Shown here: positions 35,362 to 36,153 of the stretch, piece after piece
Layout: the number at the start of each line of letters is the position of its first letter
Numbering within the stretch: the first letter of the stretch is position 1
Assembly: GCA_947499775.1 (NCBI GenBank)
Contig: CANMPY010000001.1
Coordinates: 1 to 36,153 of the forward strand
Direction of reading: 5' to 3'
Length of the DNA: 36,153 nt
Origin: Bacteroidota bacterium
GTDB lineage: Bacteria > Bacteroidota > Bacteroidia > NS11-12g > UBA9320
The notes under the pieces: model-generated
Seen by the model: only the letters and a program-made list of their open reading frames with translations
Database searches by the model: none
What the model was told of the DNA's origin: nothing
Position numbers and translations under genes: made by a program

Positions 35362-35444
35362 GGCTATATAGTTAGTATTAGTTTAACTCCCAACAAATCA
35401 ATACAAAAAATTTTGTTAAATAGCAATATTTCAGTTTCAAATTG

Positions 35445-35476
35445 ATTGCAAACTGATTGCAATCGATTGCAATCGA
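35445..35476. promoter_or_regulatory. Tandem palindromic ATTGCAAT boxes (10-11 bp phasing), including a perfect 14-bp palindrome TCGATTGCAATCGA
   Basis: ATTGCAAa is at 35445-35452, ATTGCAAT at 35456-35463 and ATTGCAAT at 35466-35473. GATTGCAATC (35455-35464) and TCGATTGCAATCGA (35463-35476) are self-complementary. The element lies about 85-115 nt upstream of the start of the 159-aa minus-strand ORF. Confidence 0.6.
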
Positions 35477-35730
35477 AATTTAAAAAGCACTAATCTATTG
35501 ATTATCAAATTTTTAAAAGGATATTTTCAAAAAACGGTATGAACGGTTTTTTTGGAGAAAATCCTTTGGTTTAAGAAAGTTTTTGGAAAAAATACGTCTT
35601 TGTGTAAGCTATTACCTTAGATTTTTTAATACTCAGAATACAACTAGGTAGCATTTGCAACACAGATTTGCAAAAATTAGGTATTATAATATATTTAAAT
35701 CCATGTAAATATGACGTTTACTTAGATTTG

Positions 35731-35802
35731 TAGCCTCGACGGGAATCGAACCCATATCTAAAGTTTAGGAAACTTCTATTCTATCCGTTGAACTACGAGG
35801 CC
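35731..35802 (-). tRNA. tRNA-Arg (anticodon CCU)
   Basis: The reverse complement GGCCTCGTAGTTCAACGGATAGAATAGAAGTTTCCTAAACTTTAGATATGGGTTCGATTCCCGTCGAGGCTA folds as a cloverleaf. The acceptor is GGCCTCG/CGAGGCT (G1-U72), the anticodon stem is GAAGT/ACTTT, the loop is TTCCTAA (CCT), and the T-arm is ATGGG-TTCGATT-CCCGT. No CCA is encoded. Confidence 0.85.
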
Positions 35803-35883
35803 AGTAATAACTATTAAGAGTTGGCAAAGGTAAGCCAAAGCCTTCTAACCCCCAAAGTAGTAAATGAAGTGATTTTATTTTTT

Positions 35884-36153
35884 TTAACGAACGGTCGCAC
35901 CGTTCATGGCTATTGCCGAAGGACTTACAAAAACCAGTTTTCCATCCGCATCTTCACTCATCAGTATCATACCCTGGCTTTCAATGCCTCTCAGTGTCCG
36001 AGGTTCTAAATTAGCCAATAGGCAAACTTGTTTTCCAATAATTTCTTCAGGCGTAAAATTCAAAGCTATACCACTCACAACAGTCCTAATGTCTAACCCT
36101 GTATCTAAAGTTAGTTTTAATAGTTTATCGGCCTTTGCAACTTTTTCGGCAGC
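35884..36153 (-). CDS. metG: Methionine--tRNA ligase, C-terminal tRNA-binding (EMAP/Trbp111-like) domain; 5' part lies outside the window
   Basis: The frame is open to the window edge. ...AEKVAKADKLLKLTLDTGLDIRTVVSGIALNFTPEEIIGKQVCLLANLEPRTLRGIESQGMILMSED...FVSP is the OB-fold tRNA-binding domain at the C-terminus of long-form MetG. Its position at a protein C-terminus argues against PheT. Confidence 0.7.
   Translation of the reverse strand, partial: AAEKVAKADKLLKLTLDTGLDIRTVVSGIALNFTPEEIIGKQVCLLANLEPRTLRGIESQGMILMSEDADGKLVFVSPSAIAMNGATVR

Noticed and set aside
35471-35477. AATCGAA shared between the palindrome region and the tRNA T-arm (35744-35750), considered as a tRNA-derived att repeat
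   Set aside because: Only 7 nt match, which is well within chance. No longer duplication of the tRNA 3' end was seen in the window.
1-36153. Mobile elements, integrases, transposases, rRNA, prophage or large internal duplications
   Set aside because: No ORF shows DDE, tyrosine-recombinase, serine-recombinase or phage structural motifs. No terminal inverted repeats bound any block. The only RNA gene recognised is the tRNA.

Overview
This is a low-GC chromosomal segment that looks Bacteroidota-like. The clues are a CarboxypepD_reg-type TonB-dependent receptor, bshA, a bacterial GH3 protein, DUF2911/DUF3108/DUF4340-type genes, TAnnTTTG -7 boxes just upstream of several starts, and several obligatory TTG starts. 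Most of the window is tightly packed housekeeping and envelope genes: hscA-like Hsp70, HI0933-family flavoprotein, PagL-like acyloxyacyl hydrolase, bshA, NifU-like, GT2, trmB, DjlA-like J-protein, EamA transporter, yicC, gmk, nadD, VOC, GH3, LD-carboxypeptidase, GtrA, folK, WbqC, tRNA-Arg(CCU) and the 3' end of metG. I saw no CRISPR array, integrase, transposase or rRNA.

Five things stand out:
1. A roughly 2 kb accessory islet (23.9-25.9 kb) carries an orphan PD-(D/E)xK nuclease-fold gene preceded by a perfect 17-bp inverted repeat. It also carries a UPF0175/PIN(DUF3368) toxin-antitoxin pair whose toxin is frameshifted right after the catalytic-Asp strand.
2. Two same-orientation, completely G-free, C-rich AACCTTT-based repeat arrays (87 nt and 133 nt without a single G) sit exactly at convergent gene ends. 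They are candidate Rho-utilisation/termination elements or a new intergenic repeat family.
3. A four-gene operon of uncharacterised envelope proteins has two ORFs separated only by an in-frame TAA.
4. Overlapping perfect palindromes (ATTGCAAT / TCGATTGCAATCGA) lie in a long non-coding stretch next to the tRNA.
5. A cluster of small unknown genes sits on the 3' side of tRNA-Arg.

All functional calls come from motif recognition in the translated ORFs, not from database searches.
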